A stretch of 64,000 nt of DNA, taken from contig NMRA01000307.1 in assembly GCA_002633005.1 (NCBI GenBank), positions 210,688 through 274,687 on the forward strand. The letters run 5' to 3'. How positions within the stretch are numbered: the stretch's first letter is position 1; each line of letters opens with the position of its first letter. Made by a program: the position numbers and the translations under genes. Shown here piece by piece: positions 38,240 to 50,714 of the stretch. The stretch comes from Phoronis australis (Eukaryota > Animalia > Phoronida). The notes beneath the pieces are model-generated. The model saw nothing but the letters and a program-made list of their open reading frames with translations. It was not told the DNA's origin and made no database searches.

Positions 38240-38367
38240 CAGCAGGGCAGCATAGACGTCACAGCAGGGCAATATGAACGTCACAGCAAGGCAATATGGA
38301 CGTCACAGCAGGGCAGTAGGGACATCACAGCAGGGTAGTATGGACGTCACAGCAAGGTAGTATGGAT
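38240..38367. repeat. degenerate 21-22-bp tandem repeat
   Basis: atggacgtcacagcagggcagt variants. Confidence 0.8.
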
Positions 38368-38742
38368 ATTAAGGCCAGGAACTCCAGGCATTTTGTTGTG
38401 ACTAATTTCATTTTAAACAAAGTCTAAGAATGCGATGTTGTTGCTTTACAATTAGATCAAACACATCCATGAAAAAGTTGATTTTAACACCCGAACATTG
38501 TTTACAGCACCTGGATTCTAGTTGGAAGTGGTTGAGCGCAAGCAACAAATGATATGTGTGAAAAATGGTAAGACATAGGAGTCATCACAGTTATTTTGTT
38601 AACAGCTATACAGATATGTTAAACAGTTTTTCATTTCTGACACCAAAAAGTAATTAATTAGGCTGTTAAATTAGTGGTTATGTTATTAAGCAAAGCTGAA
38701 AGCATTATAACAATAATTATTTATTGTGTCATCACAATTACC

Positions 38743-38880
38743 ATTAGTATGCATTACCATTGCCATTATAATCATAATTAGTATGCATTACCATTGCCAT
38801 TATAATCATAATTAGTACGCATTACCATTGCCATTATAATCATAATTAGTATGCATTACCATTGCCATTATAATCATAAT
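38743..38880. repeat. 34-bp minisatellite, 4 copies
   Basis: unit attagtatgcattaccattgccattataatcata. Confidence 0.93.
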
Positions 38881-39223
38881 TATCTAACAGATTAATATTT
38901 TAATCAACTTACTTTTAAAAAATGACAGAGTTCAGAAATCTATTTCCAAGCTTCAAAAGTGGGACCTCTATGTAAATATATGGGGCAAAACGTGAAGGCG
39001 GCCAAAAAATGAGGCCTTTTGTGTTCATATAGTGGGCCCCACCTGAAGGCCGCCAAAAAGCAGGACTTCTTATATTGATAAAGAATGGGGGGCACTTCTG
39101 AGGATTGAAGAAGAAAAGTTTGTTGATGTCATTTTAATAAGACTAAGTCATTTAAAATAAGGTGTTATGTATCATCAAAATTTAATAAGATTGTCTCCAC
39201 CATCATAACTCCAAAATACTTAC

Positions 39224-39392
39224 ATGTAAGTACAGTAGGCATCAAGGCCGTAAACATCAGAAATAACATGCAGAAAAACAGGCAAGCAGTGTTGTTGTAC
39301 GCTTTGCTTGCCTCGTTTCCAATGCCCAGATAGAGTAGACCAATCAACACACCAACGCCAACATGAGACGCCATTCGCAAACCGGTCAACGT
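39224..39392 (-). CDS. ABCG1: ABCG exon [25 protein letters not shown]...LMPTVLT (TM1-2)
   Basis: tttcag/gtaagt, phase 0 to 1. Confidence 0.94.
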
Positions 39393-39507
39393 CTGAAATT
39401 CAACGATTAGTTTCCATATTTAAAAAAAATTATAAATCATAAGCTCTGAAAAACACTAAAAACACATTTCCCATCTGTGTGCTTTATTTCTGAATATAAC
39501 CTCGGCA

Positions 39508-40607
39508 TTATATCTGTGGTTCCAATTTCTGACTGGTATCTCATGGAATAATATGTTATATCTGTGGTTCCAATTTCTGACTGGTATCTCATGGAATAAT
39601 ATGTTATATCTGTGGTTCCAATTTCTGACTGGTATCTCATGGAATAATATGTTATATCTGTGGTTCCAATTTCTGACTGGTATCTCATGGAATAATATGT
39701 TATATCTGTGGTTCCAATTTCTGACTGGTATCTCATGGAATAATATGTTATATCTGTGGTTCCAATTTCTGACTGGTATCTCATGGAATAATATGTTATA
39801 TCTGTGGTTCCAATTTCTGACTGGTATCTCATGGAATAATATGTTATATCTGTGGTTCCAATTTCTGACTGGTATCTCATGGAATAATATGTTATATCTG
39901 TGGTTCCAATTTCTGACTGGTATCTCATGGAATAATATGTTATATCTGTGGTTCCAATTTCTGACTGGTATCTCATGGAATAATATGTTATATCTGTGGT
40001 TCCAATTTCTGACTGGTATCTCATGGAATAATATGTTATATCTGTGGTTCCAATTTCTGACTGGTATCTCATGGAATAATATGTTATATCTGTGGTTCCA
40101 ATTTCTGACTGGTATCTCATGGAATAATATGTTATATCTGTGGTTCCAATTTCTGACTGGTATCTCATGGAATAATATGTTATATCTGTGGTTCCAATTT
40201 CTGACTGCTATCTCATGGAATAATATGTTATATCTGTGGTTCCAATTTCTGACTGGTATCTCATGGAATAATATGTTATATCTGTGGTTCCAATTTCTGA
40301 CTGGTATCTCATGGAATAATATGTTATATCTGTGGTTCCAATTTCTGACTGCTATCTCATGGAATAATATGTTATATCTGTGGTTCCAATTTCTGACTGG
40401 TATCTCATGGAATAATATGTTATATCTGTGGTTCCAATTTCTGACTGGTATCTCATGGAATAATATGTTATATCTGTGGTTCCAATTTCTGACTGCTATC
40501 TCATGGAATAATATGTTATATCTGTGGTTCCAATTTCTGACTGGTATCTCATGGAATAATATGTTATATCTGTGGTTCCAATTTCTGACTGGTATCTCAT
40601 GGAATAA
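39508..40607. repeat. 48-bp tandem array, ~23 near-identical copies
   Basis: unit ttatatctgtggttccaatttctgactggtatctcatggaataatatg. Confidence 0.97.
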
Positions 40608-41375
40608 CACATTTGAAGAAGAGTGTCATTAGCGGTCTATTTTATAGAAGGTCGTAAGTCCAGTCTAAACAAAGATGGTCGGAACTTGATTTTATTTCAT
40701 ATGCAGTTCACTAACATGGCTCAAGAAGGCAGTTGATAAGTCAGAAAATTAACAAACTTTATGTCAGTTGCAATGTTTTTGATTTTCCAATAAAAAAGTG
40801 CCGCATTTGCAACAACGTTCCTTTGACCATCTTGGCTGTGACCGACCACATTTATGGCTTTTGATATAAACAGGCACCAGGAAAGTCAAATTTACGACAG
40901 AGAATTGCTGCAAATATATTTGAACAGGTCTAAATAGACTAGGAAGAATACAAACAAGCATTCGTACAAATGTCATTAAAATGAGGTATAAAATTAATTT
41001 CTGCAAAAGAAATCTGATTGCCACATTTCATTTTCAAGTCCCAATGATTCTCAATAATTAGACATATGTAAATATCAAAACATTCACTCTAGAAATTTTC
41101 CATTGACTACCCTTTCCTGGGCTTCTCTGGGTGCATTTTACTATTTCAGTAACAGTTTACATCATGTTGAGTGGTCAAACTACGCTGTTAATACAGCTCA
41201 TTACTGTTGTTATTCAGCAAACAACACAGTTGTGGATTTCCATCCAAAATGCACCTACCATATTACTCTAGGTTAATGCACACATTCATGATTCATCTGA
41301 TTCTGAGATCTCTCTGTTGAACAGCCCAGACCACCAACTCGGCAGATCACAGTAATGTAAGTAGTGTATACTTAC

Positions 41376-41471
41376 CGTATCCCTGAGTATCGTCATGAAG
41401 GTCCTTACAAACAACACACGGAATTGTGTAAAACCACTTGTAGCGAACGTATGAATGTGCTGTGGGTCAGT
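41376..41471 (-). CDS. ABCG1: ABCG exon TDPQHIHTFATSGFTQFRVLFVRTFMTILRDT
   Basis: cttccag/gtaagt, phase 0 to 0; TQFxxLxxRTFxxIxRD motif. Confidence 0.93.
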
Positions 41472-44074
41472 CTGGAAGTTCAAAACAGAGACACGATATC
41501 GTTAGAACAAGATTACATGCCAGATGCCCAATCATGTTTTTTAAATATGACAGAATTTCAATAAAAATCAAGTGTAAAATAAAATCTCAACAATTTTGGA
41601 CAGCATTACATTATTAACAAAATCACAATTTCTTTCTTTTTAGTAGCATATAGCAATGTTGTGAATGAATGCAATGTTTCAAGATATTGTCTGATTGAAG
41701 TATGCTACACAGCTAAATGGTAAAACATTTGACTTTGGTGCTACTTATTACTGATGAAATACAAGCGAAAAACTAAACTTTTGCTTGCCTGCCTGCCACA
41801 CAGTGTGTTATATGCAAAGTGGTGACACTTCAAAGAACAAACATGGCAATGGAACGAAATTACAACTTCATGAACTTTAGAGCTGAAGAGCCAAAGAACA
41901 TTAGAGGTAACCTTAGTTGATTTTACTACAAGATAAAATTATTGTCACAGTGAAATTGATGTGTTGTGCAACAAAAAGGGAGAAATTCCTGTCTTCACAT
42001 ACAGATACGCCATGCACATGTAAGTAATTTTGCAAACAATCTCTTTACAGACAGACAGAACACAAGTTAAGAAGTCAAACTTGTTCATTGCCACTCGTGG
42101 CCAGCAAACTAAATTTCACACACCATAAACTTAAACATACTGAAGATTACTGTACCCATAGCCGTAAATCGTCTGCACACTTAGCAGCGCAGATAGCTTT
42201 TTGTTCTGCCCGTAAAAAGGTCCGTGAATATTTTCAAGGACATAGTTGCATGATACATGATCATTTAGTCACAGATTCAACACAAAACATATTAGGCCAA
42301 GGAGATACAATGATGTTCATAGACTAGCAAAATCCAACCATAGTTACACTGTTGAAATGTAAGTACTGAGCACAAAATCACAAGACTTTACAGCCTCTGT
42401 ATGAGAATGATATCTGCTTAAGCATAGCAGTGAAACTCATGAGGGGTTGACAGTTCAATCACTGATCCCTTCTAGTCTGAATTTAGAAAACAAATTTTAA
42501 CAGTGTCTGAACAAAAATTTAACCCATCATGATTAAAAATAGTTAAATAATTACAAAAATATTGACCCATGAATTGTTGGAAATTTCCATGAAAGTGACA
42601 TGAATCAAACTCCTACTAAAGGATGACAAACCGATACAACAGAACTAAAATAATGGACACATGCTTCCGAGACATTTAAAGCTGATACAAATTTCAAAAA
42701 CAAATAACACCCATAGACATCGTGACATTGAAAAATGATAACAACTTATAAATTTCAATATTTCTTAACAACAGTGCTTAGACATGCTCAAACATTTGAA
42801 GCATTCAATCTCATCTCTATAAAACAGGAAAGTCAATTTTTCTTGTTTTGCATGGTTTTTGTCTTAAATAAAAGTATAAACCCCCCTCAGTGCCTTCTGC
42901 TGCACACATATCACGTTTGCATGCAAAAATGACTTTCCACTCCTTTACATCTCCATTCCCTTTCACTGACCAAGCACAACAGCGGACTTACTATTGAACG
43001 CAAAATGCAAATTGTGTTTATCGAAAACAAGTGAATGTAGAAACAGGATGTAGGAAGCTCATCCTAGGGCCAACTATGCCATGTGGGTAATGTGTTACAT
43101 GTATAGTTAATGAAAGTCAGGGGAACAGTAATTAACGAAGAAATATGTCTACAACAACCAGGGATTTCACAGTATTTCTGGCAAAAACAAACCAAAAAAA
43201 AATGTTGGCTTTCCCTTAAAGACGACATATTTAACCAGTTCTATCAAGTATGAGTTTTCCCACAAACACCTGGGGTCATGATATTACTACTGATATTTAA
43301 GTAAATGGCAGCCTGGTCTTACTGATAAAAGTCATAGTCCACCATTGCGTAGTTTGCAACATTATAAGTCATCAGGACAACCTCAGGTCATTGACAGGCA
43401 ATAATTACACAACAGTTTAATGTGGATAAAAAGAGTGATGAAAGCTCGCTTGTTATATCATTTTTGGGTTCATCAAACTCTAAGCTGTAGTAAATCCTAA
43501 AAGAGTTGACAAACTTTGTCAAAAATTTCCAACGACATCAACAAATTCTAGAAACACACAAGAGGAAAAATAACACTATATTATCTGAAATTTCACCAAA
43601 ATTTCAAGCTCTAAAATTTTAATGAGAAAACATTCCAACAATTTCTTTAAAATGCCAGTCTTTACTCTGTTGTTGGGCTAATAAAGATTTTCCAAACCTA
43701 AATGTAAAAATATATTTGTCCGATGTGTAACATACTGTATTTGACCAGGTTAGTGCTACATACCCACCCAAGTGACCACCCCCACCCCCCCCCCGAATAC
43801 ACCAGTTTTTAACTTGTACATCATGACTTTTAAAGCATAACAGCTTTGTGTGCGTTCACTCCAGCTCCCAAAACGAATGCAGTGTGCTCCCTTGCATCAA
43901 ACTCATATTGTCTAATTCTTTTAACTTGAGCATGCAGAGTGGCTTAATGGAACACAATTCAACAGTTGACTGCCAAAATTAGAATAAAGTCTCAAATATT
44001 GTGGGGAGAAATAAAAGCTGAAAATGATTTCTTTGACTTTCTTCCAGCGTTCTTGATAAGGAGGATAAACTTTC

Positions 44075-44319
44075 ATGATACTATCCAACAGTATCTATGA
44101 TACTATCCAGCAGTATCTATGATACTATCCAGCAGTATGATACTATCCAACAGTATCTATGATACTATCCAGCAGCATCTATGATACTATCCAACAGTAT
44201 CTATGATACTATCCAGCAGCATCTATGACACTATCCAGCAGTATCTATGATACTATCCAACAGTATCTATGATACTATCCAGCAGTATCTACGATACTAT
44301 CCAACAGTATCTATGATAC
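44075..44319. repeat. 22-bp minisatellite, ~11 copies
   Basis: unit atgatactatcca(a/g)cagtatct. Confidence 0.95.
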
Positions 44320-45398
44320 AAGCTTTATTAACAGCAAAGGATCAATTTAGTGCAAGGCATCGTTCAAGAAGATTGTCTTCCAGATTGGGTACTAAATTGG
44401 AGAAACTTTGAGGTTGCCCACTCAAACTTTTGTTTGCTTTTAAATGTTTACGTTCATGCAGCTTACCTGATAGCAGACCATGGTTTTTTAAATTTTCAAT
44501 TTAAACGCTCGGTATTGATGCAGACAAATACAGCAATTCAGTTTGTCTATTAGATGTTACAATTTTCTTTATTTTTGAGTAAATCGCTTATTATGAAATT
44601 AGTCCTTCTAACTGGTTGACAGTTATGAGCTCTTGGATGTTTCATGTCAAAACTTGTGAAAATCTCAGGAGTTAAATCAGAATGAAGTCATGAAAAGATA
44701 AAGAGGGACAACACTTGTCAGTAAATTTCTGTCAAAGCTGTGTGTACCCCACGATAAAAATAGCTATCCCAGAGGCCTCGAAAAATACTTTCTTCAAATA
44801 TCAGTGACAATGGTTGAAAGTCCAACTTTTGTTGTGGAAACAGCACAGGAGCACTTCAGTACTAGCATTAATCAATAGATGAAACCCAATTCACTGCAGG
44901 TTGTGATGTAATATGGAAAATGCTTGTATAAACCTCATTAGCTGCTCATTCTCTGGAGGACTTTTATAATGTTATATGGTGATACATGTATGGTGCATTA
45001 GATACATCACTACCATATAAACACAACTAATAGGGTCATTAGAGAGGGGAATAGCAAACAGTTAATAACCTAGCAACCACCATTAATGTGGAAATTTGGC
45101 TAACTTTGGAACATCACATCTCAGAAATGGCAGACGTCTGGATTCGTTTATGAAACTTTCAGATACTATGCTTTGTGGACAAAATTGTTTTTAAAATGTT
45201 CCATTTGTACATGAGGGGTTATCAAAAAATAAGACATTGATGACTTTCATGAAAAAGTCAAAGGTTGCATGAAACCAAAACAAAATCATGACAACTTAGA
45301 AAACTATAACTAGGTTTCTCTAAAAGATACCCAGCATCCGATTTTTCCGTGTTCAAGATCTGTGCCAAACACGTATTGGATTACTGTGTTCGACCAGT

Positions 45399-45476
45399 GG
45401 ATTCCAATGGCTCAGCAGACTAGAGTGTCTGCACGGTTAGCAGAAGGTCCCAGTTTTGAGTCCCAGTCAGGGCAGA
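45399..45476 (+). mobile_element. degenerate tRNA-derived SINE head or pseudo-tRNA
   Basis: A-box-like tggctcagcagactagag and B-box-like agttttgagtccc at tRNA-like spacing; mismatched, not a functional tRNA. Confidence 0.4.
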
Positions 45477-45932
45477 AATCTTTTCAGACTTATGTTCATT
45501 AGCCTTAGGTCACTTGATGTAGCCAACAGATGGCTTGCAGACCAGATCCACCAATAGACAATGTTTTGAAGAATAAAAAAGATCATTTTTCTCACAATTA
45601 CTTTTGTCCGTAATTGGTGAGACTTTTCCGTGAATAACCCCCACCTCTTTAAAAAACTTGGTATCATGATTACTGTCACATTTATAATTACTGCAGTTTT
45701 ATAAACAAATTAATGTGACTTAACTCAAGCGTCACGTATCTCATTCACTTGAGTGACAAACTGCTCGTCATGCATTACAATTAGGAAGAGGAAAATGGAT
45801 CCAATGTGTGAAGGAAGCCACAACACTGAAGATAAATGAGAGTTCAAGGTCAAAATATAAACTATGAAAACGAAACAGTTCAGTCATCAGTTCAAAAATA
45901 AGGATCATACAAAAATCTACTTCAAACATTAC

Positions 45933-45959
45933 CTCCATGTCTTCCATTTCAAAAATTTC
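45933..45959 (-). CDS. ABCG1: candidate 27-nt ABCG microexon EIFEMEDME
   Basis: ttttaattggtag acceptor, GAG|gtaatg donor, phase 0 to 0, open frame. Confidence 0.6.
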
Positions 45960-47169
45960 CTACCAATTAAAAGATAAAAAAACGAATTTAAAAACATTCA
46001 ATATTGGTTAGAACAAACAATTGTCAGGAACAAATCAACCAACACATTAAACATGACTACTTGTCTACTATTGAACAAGTTTTCCACTCGAATAATCATT
46101 GCCAGCAAGTTATTCATCATTTTGTGAATGAAGAGAAACAACAGAATGATTATTCATTTTTAATCAAGAAGAGAAGTCGAGAATGGGTGTTTACACAAAA
46201 ATCGATTCCTTCACACACGCCAACTGTACTTATCATTTTTGTACACAAGTATAATATTGAGCGCACATGAGTCGTGTCATATCTTGTTCAGCAAAAAGTT
46301 GACACCTCCCCAGCCAAATATGGCAAGGTGCTGAAACCAACTGTTCTTTACCAAAAGGTAAATATGAGTTGTTTACGTTTTGAGAGCTAAACATCTCATG
46401 AGATGGCCATACATACAGACGCAGAACTTAAAAATCTCAATCATTTAAATTGGGTATAGATGCTAAGTCAAACACAAGCATTAGAAAGTGAAAATTAGAA
46501 ATTTTAGGGTCTCTAGATAGAACGTGGGCATTTAACGGGACGAACACGGTAAATTTTCTTTTGATAAACATACCCACAGCTAAACGTCTCAAAATTTGCT
46601 TTGAATAAAAATGAAATTAGTCCTTTGTGACAATGGTACCACAATCCAGCTTTAGCAGTATAAAACATTAATGATAAACGCACAGATGATGTATCCTCCC
46701 ATAGGATGCACAAATAGCAATTGAACACCAAGTTTGATAAACAACAATCCTCAAATGTAATTGAACATTGCTAATTAAAGAGCAGACTGCCATACCATAT
46801 CTAGAGAAGTGTCACTGTTGAAAACCATAGATAGGATTGCGTATGACCACTTATGCCTGCTGAGACGGGCTTTATGCTCTTCAATGTTGAAGAACACAAA
46901 ACTCATGCCAACAGTGCCATTTTTCTACCTGCCTCTACTACATACCATGGCACTTATTTTGATAACATTGTATATTACACTTTGACAATATTATGTATGA
47001 AAATATACCCATACCCTTCACATAAGAGAAAGTCTTCACATTCTTTAAATGTGTAACACTTTCTTCTCTTTGGATAATACTTGTACACCTTGTTTTCATT
47101 GTTCACCATACTAGCGTGTTTCATTTCAACTGATGATGTTTTGAGTTAATACGAAGTGTCTGCCTATGT

Positions 47170-47320
47170 CTCTGTGCGTGCATGTGTGTGTGTGCGTGCG
47201 TGCGTGCATGCGTGCGTGTGTGTGAGTACTGTGTGTGAGTACATACATGTGTGTGCATGCACACGTGTGTGTGTGTGTACATGCGTGTGTGTGTGTCCAT
47301 TCATGCCTGTGCGTGTGTGC
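47170..47320. repeat. (GT/GC)n compound microsatellite
   Basis: gtgtgtgtgcgtgcgtgc runs. Confidence 0.9.
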
Positions 47321-47433
47321 AAGAGTCAGTCTGTATGCATAATGTAAATATGACAAGTAATGTCAAAGTAATGGTTATCGATTGCGTACATTCAATGAAC
47401 TTATCACACAAAACAGCAATGACATGTACATAC

Positions 47434-47747
47434 CTCCTTAGCGCTTTTACTCATGGTCAGGTGGCTGTTGCATTTTCCGCTCCCATTCATTGACACCCTC
47501 ACTGATTGGCCATTGTTGATACAACCATTCACGTGACCGTTCTCCTCATCCTCCGGCGTGGTCACATGACCGTTGGACTTGACGTCACCACTGCTTTCAC
47601 TGAAGGACGAGTGAGTCGGGCTTTTCTGCTGGTCACAGTTCATAGGTTTCGAGTTGTCTCTGATAAACTTTTCCAAGTGACCAGACTTCAATGCCACTAC
47701 AAGTTTGGGCGTATTGTCTCCGTACTGGCCACAAGCAACCTCCATCA
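47434..47747 (-). CDS. ABCG1: ABCG exon MEVACGQYGD...SKSAKE (NBD-TMD linker)
   Basis: ctttcag/gtatgt, phase 1 to 0. Confidence 0.9.
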
Positions 47748-48076
47748 CTGAAAGCCAACAAATTTTTCCGTTCTTGTAGTCATGCTTTATTTACATAAAG
47801 TCAGAATAAGAAAGTTGTAACCAGAGTTGATTCCTTCTGAAACTGTTGTCAAATTTAAACAATCTTCAATTTTTCAAAGGCAGGTTACCATGATGGTAAG
47901 ATGCAACTTCACTTCAAACAAAGGAACGCGAGGACGTTTTGCAGAACGCATGCATGACACTACGAAAAACAGTTCTTGACACCAGAAAGCGGTTTATTAT
48001 GGTTTTAAGGTTATAAATTGAACAGTCTGTGTATTTAAAAATATCAGACTTCTACAAAACTATAGACTTCAACTCA

Positions 48077-49672
48077 GGGCTGTTCCAGCAAAAACTGTAT
48101 GGGAGGGGAGAAGGCAAAACTAAAGTAGCCAAGAGGTTGGTCGAATCAAAACGAAAACGACTTCTGTCAACGCATCCATCCCTGCTATATTTTTTGTGCC
48201 AAATTTCATACAGTTGTGCCTAGCACTTTTTGAGATAATCAACTTGTCTTTTCAAAAAACTAAAATGCCCCATAGGGCGTTCTACAGTGGCCAAATCTGT
48301 CCAAAAATCAACTGGTGCCAGCGCATACCAGCCAACTATCTCTACGCAAAATGCCATCAAGATCCGTCAAGCGGTTTCAAAGAAACTGATGGTGCTGGCG
48401 CATCCACACCTATTACCTCTACACCAAATTTGTTCATGATCCGCCAAAAATAATGAAAGACAGACCCATAATTTTTAACTAGGTTGAAATATAAGCAGCA
48501 GTTTTTGAGATAATCAACCTGTCTTGTCAAAAACTAAAATGGCCAACAGGGGGTGCTATGGTACACAAATCAATCGGTGCTGGTGCATGCCATCCGTCTA
48601 TCTCTATGACAAATGTCATCAAGATCCGTTAAGCAGCTTCAAGATAATCGAGGGACAAGCAATGACTTGAGCAATCGAAAACTAACGGGGTGCCACAGTA
48701 GTTGAATCAACCATCCAAAAATTGACTGGTGTCAGCACATTCTTGAGATATACTTCTATTTCGAATTTCATCATGATCAGTGGAGCAGTTTTTGAGATAA
48801 TTAACATACAAGGAATAGCTAGTCGAAAACTAAAGCGGCCAACATGGGGTACCAAGGTTGCCAAATCCGCTTGTAAATCGACTGGTGCAGGCGCATCCTT
48901 GCCAAGTACCTCTATACCAAATTTCATCATGATCCGCCGAGCGGTTCTTGAGATAATTGATGGACAAGAAATGATAATGACAGACGGGCCAACCACAAAG
49001 TTTTTGTGGGTGCAGAAAAATTCCATGTGAGATCACAACTCATATCAGTTACCAGAAACATGCTTTTCAAAGACACCTGTGAGCAATACTTTTGGCATTC
49101 ACCAGGTGTCTCTGTTCACCATGTGTCTGTAATTTCAATAAGATTTTTCCAATTTCATGTATCTATGAATCTCAAACTGTCTCCACAAACGCTTTTAGAC
49201 TGCTATGTCAAGTGAATATGGGAACTTGTTTATCTGACTCCTCATACTTTTTATGTAAAAAATCATCAATTTTCTTATATGTGTTAACACAAGTTTAGTG
49301 TTGCAGAAATATTATTCTAATATGACTGCAGTACAACATATGTGCTTGTAATCAAGTTGCCCACGTCTTGATTAATGGCATAATGTACATATAGCACTCT
49401 GTACACTAGCAACATGGGTTTGTTTTTTGTTTTGGGATATGTTTGGGTATTTGCCAAGTGAATTTTTGGTTAATTTTGATTTCTTTTGAGATGTATTTGA
49501 CTGAAAATACCAACCTGTCAACATTTACAGGTCAAAAACATACCACCCAATATTAATGCTTTTCTTTTTACAAGAACGACCACTAATTTGAATTTTTTCT
49601 GAAGACCACCACCCATGAATTTTTATTTCAACAGCCGTCCCCTCTCCCATACGGATTTTGTTAGGACATCCC
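48077..49672. mobile_element. PIF/Harbinger-like non-autonomous element containing a nested HINE-like insert
   Basis: TCA|GGGCTGTTCC..gtatgggagggga ... tcccctctcccatac..GGACATCCC|TCA: imperfect TIRs with 3-bp TSD. Confidence 0.6.
48118..49020. mobile_element. Helentron/DINE-1-like (HINE) non-autonomous element
   Basis: internal ~150-bp subrepeats (gagataatc, aaatttcatcatgatcc), gacagacgg, terminal hairpin ccacaaa-gtt-tttgtgg, then A-run. Confidence 0.6.
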
Positions 49673-49995
49673 TCAGTAAAACTATATATTTCCAAAAGTA
49701 AAATGCCTGAAGAAGATTTTTGACTTTCTAACCAAAGTATTTCATTTTCATTTGATGCAACTTTTGATTTTTTTTTTCATAAAATCATTCAAGTCTTTAT
49801 TTTTGATAACCCCCAAGCAAAAGGGGAACATTCCAAAAACAATTCCAAACAGCACTTCTGAGAACATGGCATAACAGCATAGAGTGTGAATGTTTCATAC
49901 TAATCCAACCAGCCATATATGAGATACATGACATTCCCAAGTTTGCCAAACTGAGCACTTTTATAGTGTCCTACATAACATTAAGGTATACTTAC

Positions 49996-50110
49996 TAAAG
50001 TCAGCAGGGTTGTGATAGGGAGGGCAGACCAAGCCCTGGTACTTGAAGTAAGGGATCAGAAGACTGATTGGCCCTTGGTACATACACTGGCCTTCAGCCA
50101 GCATGTACAG
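49996..50110 (-). CDS. ABCG1: ABCG exon [13 protein letters not shown]...[10 protein letters not shown]
   Basis: cttgtag/gtaagt, phase 0 to 1; NPADF motif. Confidence 0.94.
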
Positions 50111-50714
50111 CTACAAGGAAATAACACAATAAGTGTGACTGGTGAAAATACAGCAGTACAAACTACACTGACTCTCACTTTAACCTGAAAGATGTTCACA
50201 GTTTTGTTTTTTAGTAAATATGCACTTATTCAATTTACATTTGAAATAATGTGCTTTTTAGTTGATTTTGTTCAGGTGTTGCATACATGGGCAAGACTTT
50301 CTTAATCTTCACTTACAGCTACAGATGGAAATCAAATTTACAAACCTAAATATTTAAGTGATTGAATGTTTCCCTTTTCAATTACTTATTTTATGACACT
50401 ATCTACCAAGTCACATGACACTATCTACCAATTCACCCACTACAGCAATTATCCACTAATTTTGTACAAAAATAATTGCCAAAATGGCAATTTTCCAATT
50501 TTCAAAAGACAATAACCTTTCAGCAAACAATGAGAATTTCATCAAATGTTATTTTATAACATCCACACACTACAATCCATACTTGTAATACTCCAAGACT
50601 AAATGGTCTTAATCTTTACTCTTGTGGAGAAATTTTACGAATAGAAATTCACTTGTCTTGTTGGACATATTGTGAACTAAATCAGTGAAGAACTGTCATA
50701 ATTTAAACACATAA

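Noticed and set aside
39437-40632. Long ORFs (243-384 aa) and CRISPR-like look of the 48-bp array
   Set aside because: Pure head-to-tail repeats with no unique spacers and no cas genes. ORFs arise because the unit is a multiple of 3 lacking stops in some frames, and they lie in an ABCG intron.
45399-45476. Functional tRNA gene
   Set aside because: Mutated B-box/T-loop and poor stems; treated as a SINE-like relic.
46796-46910. Possible extra ABCG linker exon ending ...DTSLDM|gtatgg
   Set aside because: No convincing phase-0 acceptor; the nearest strong acceptor introduces an immediate TGA.
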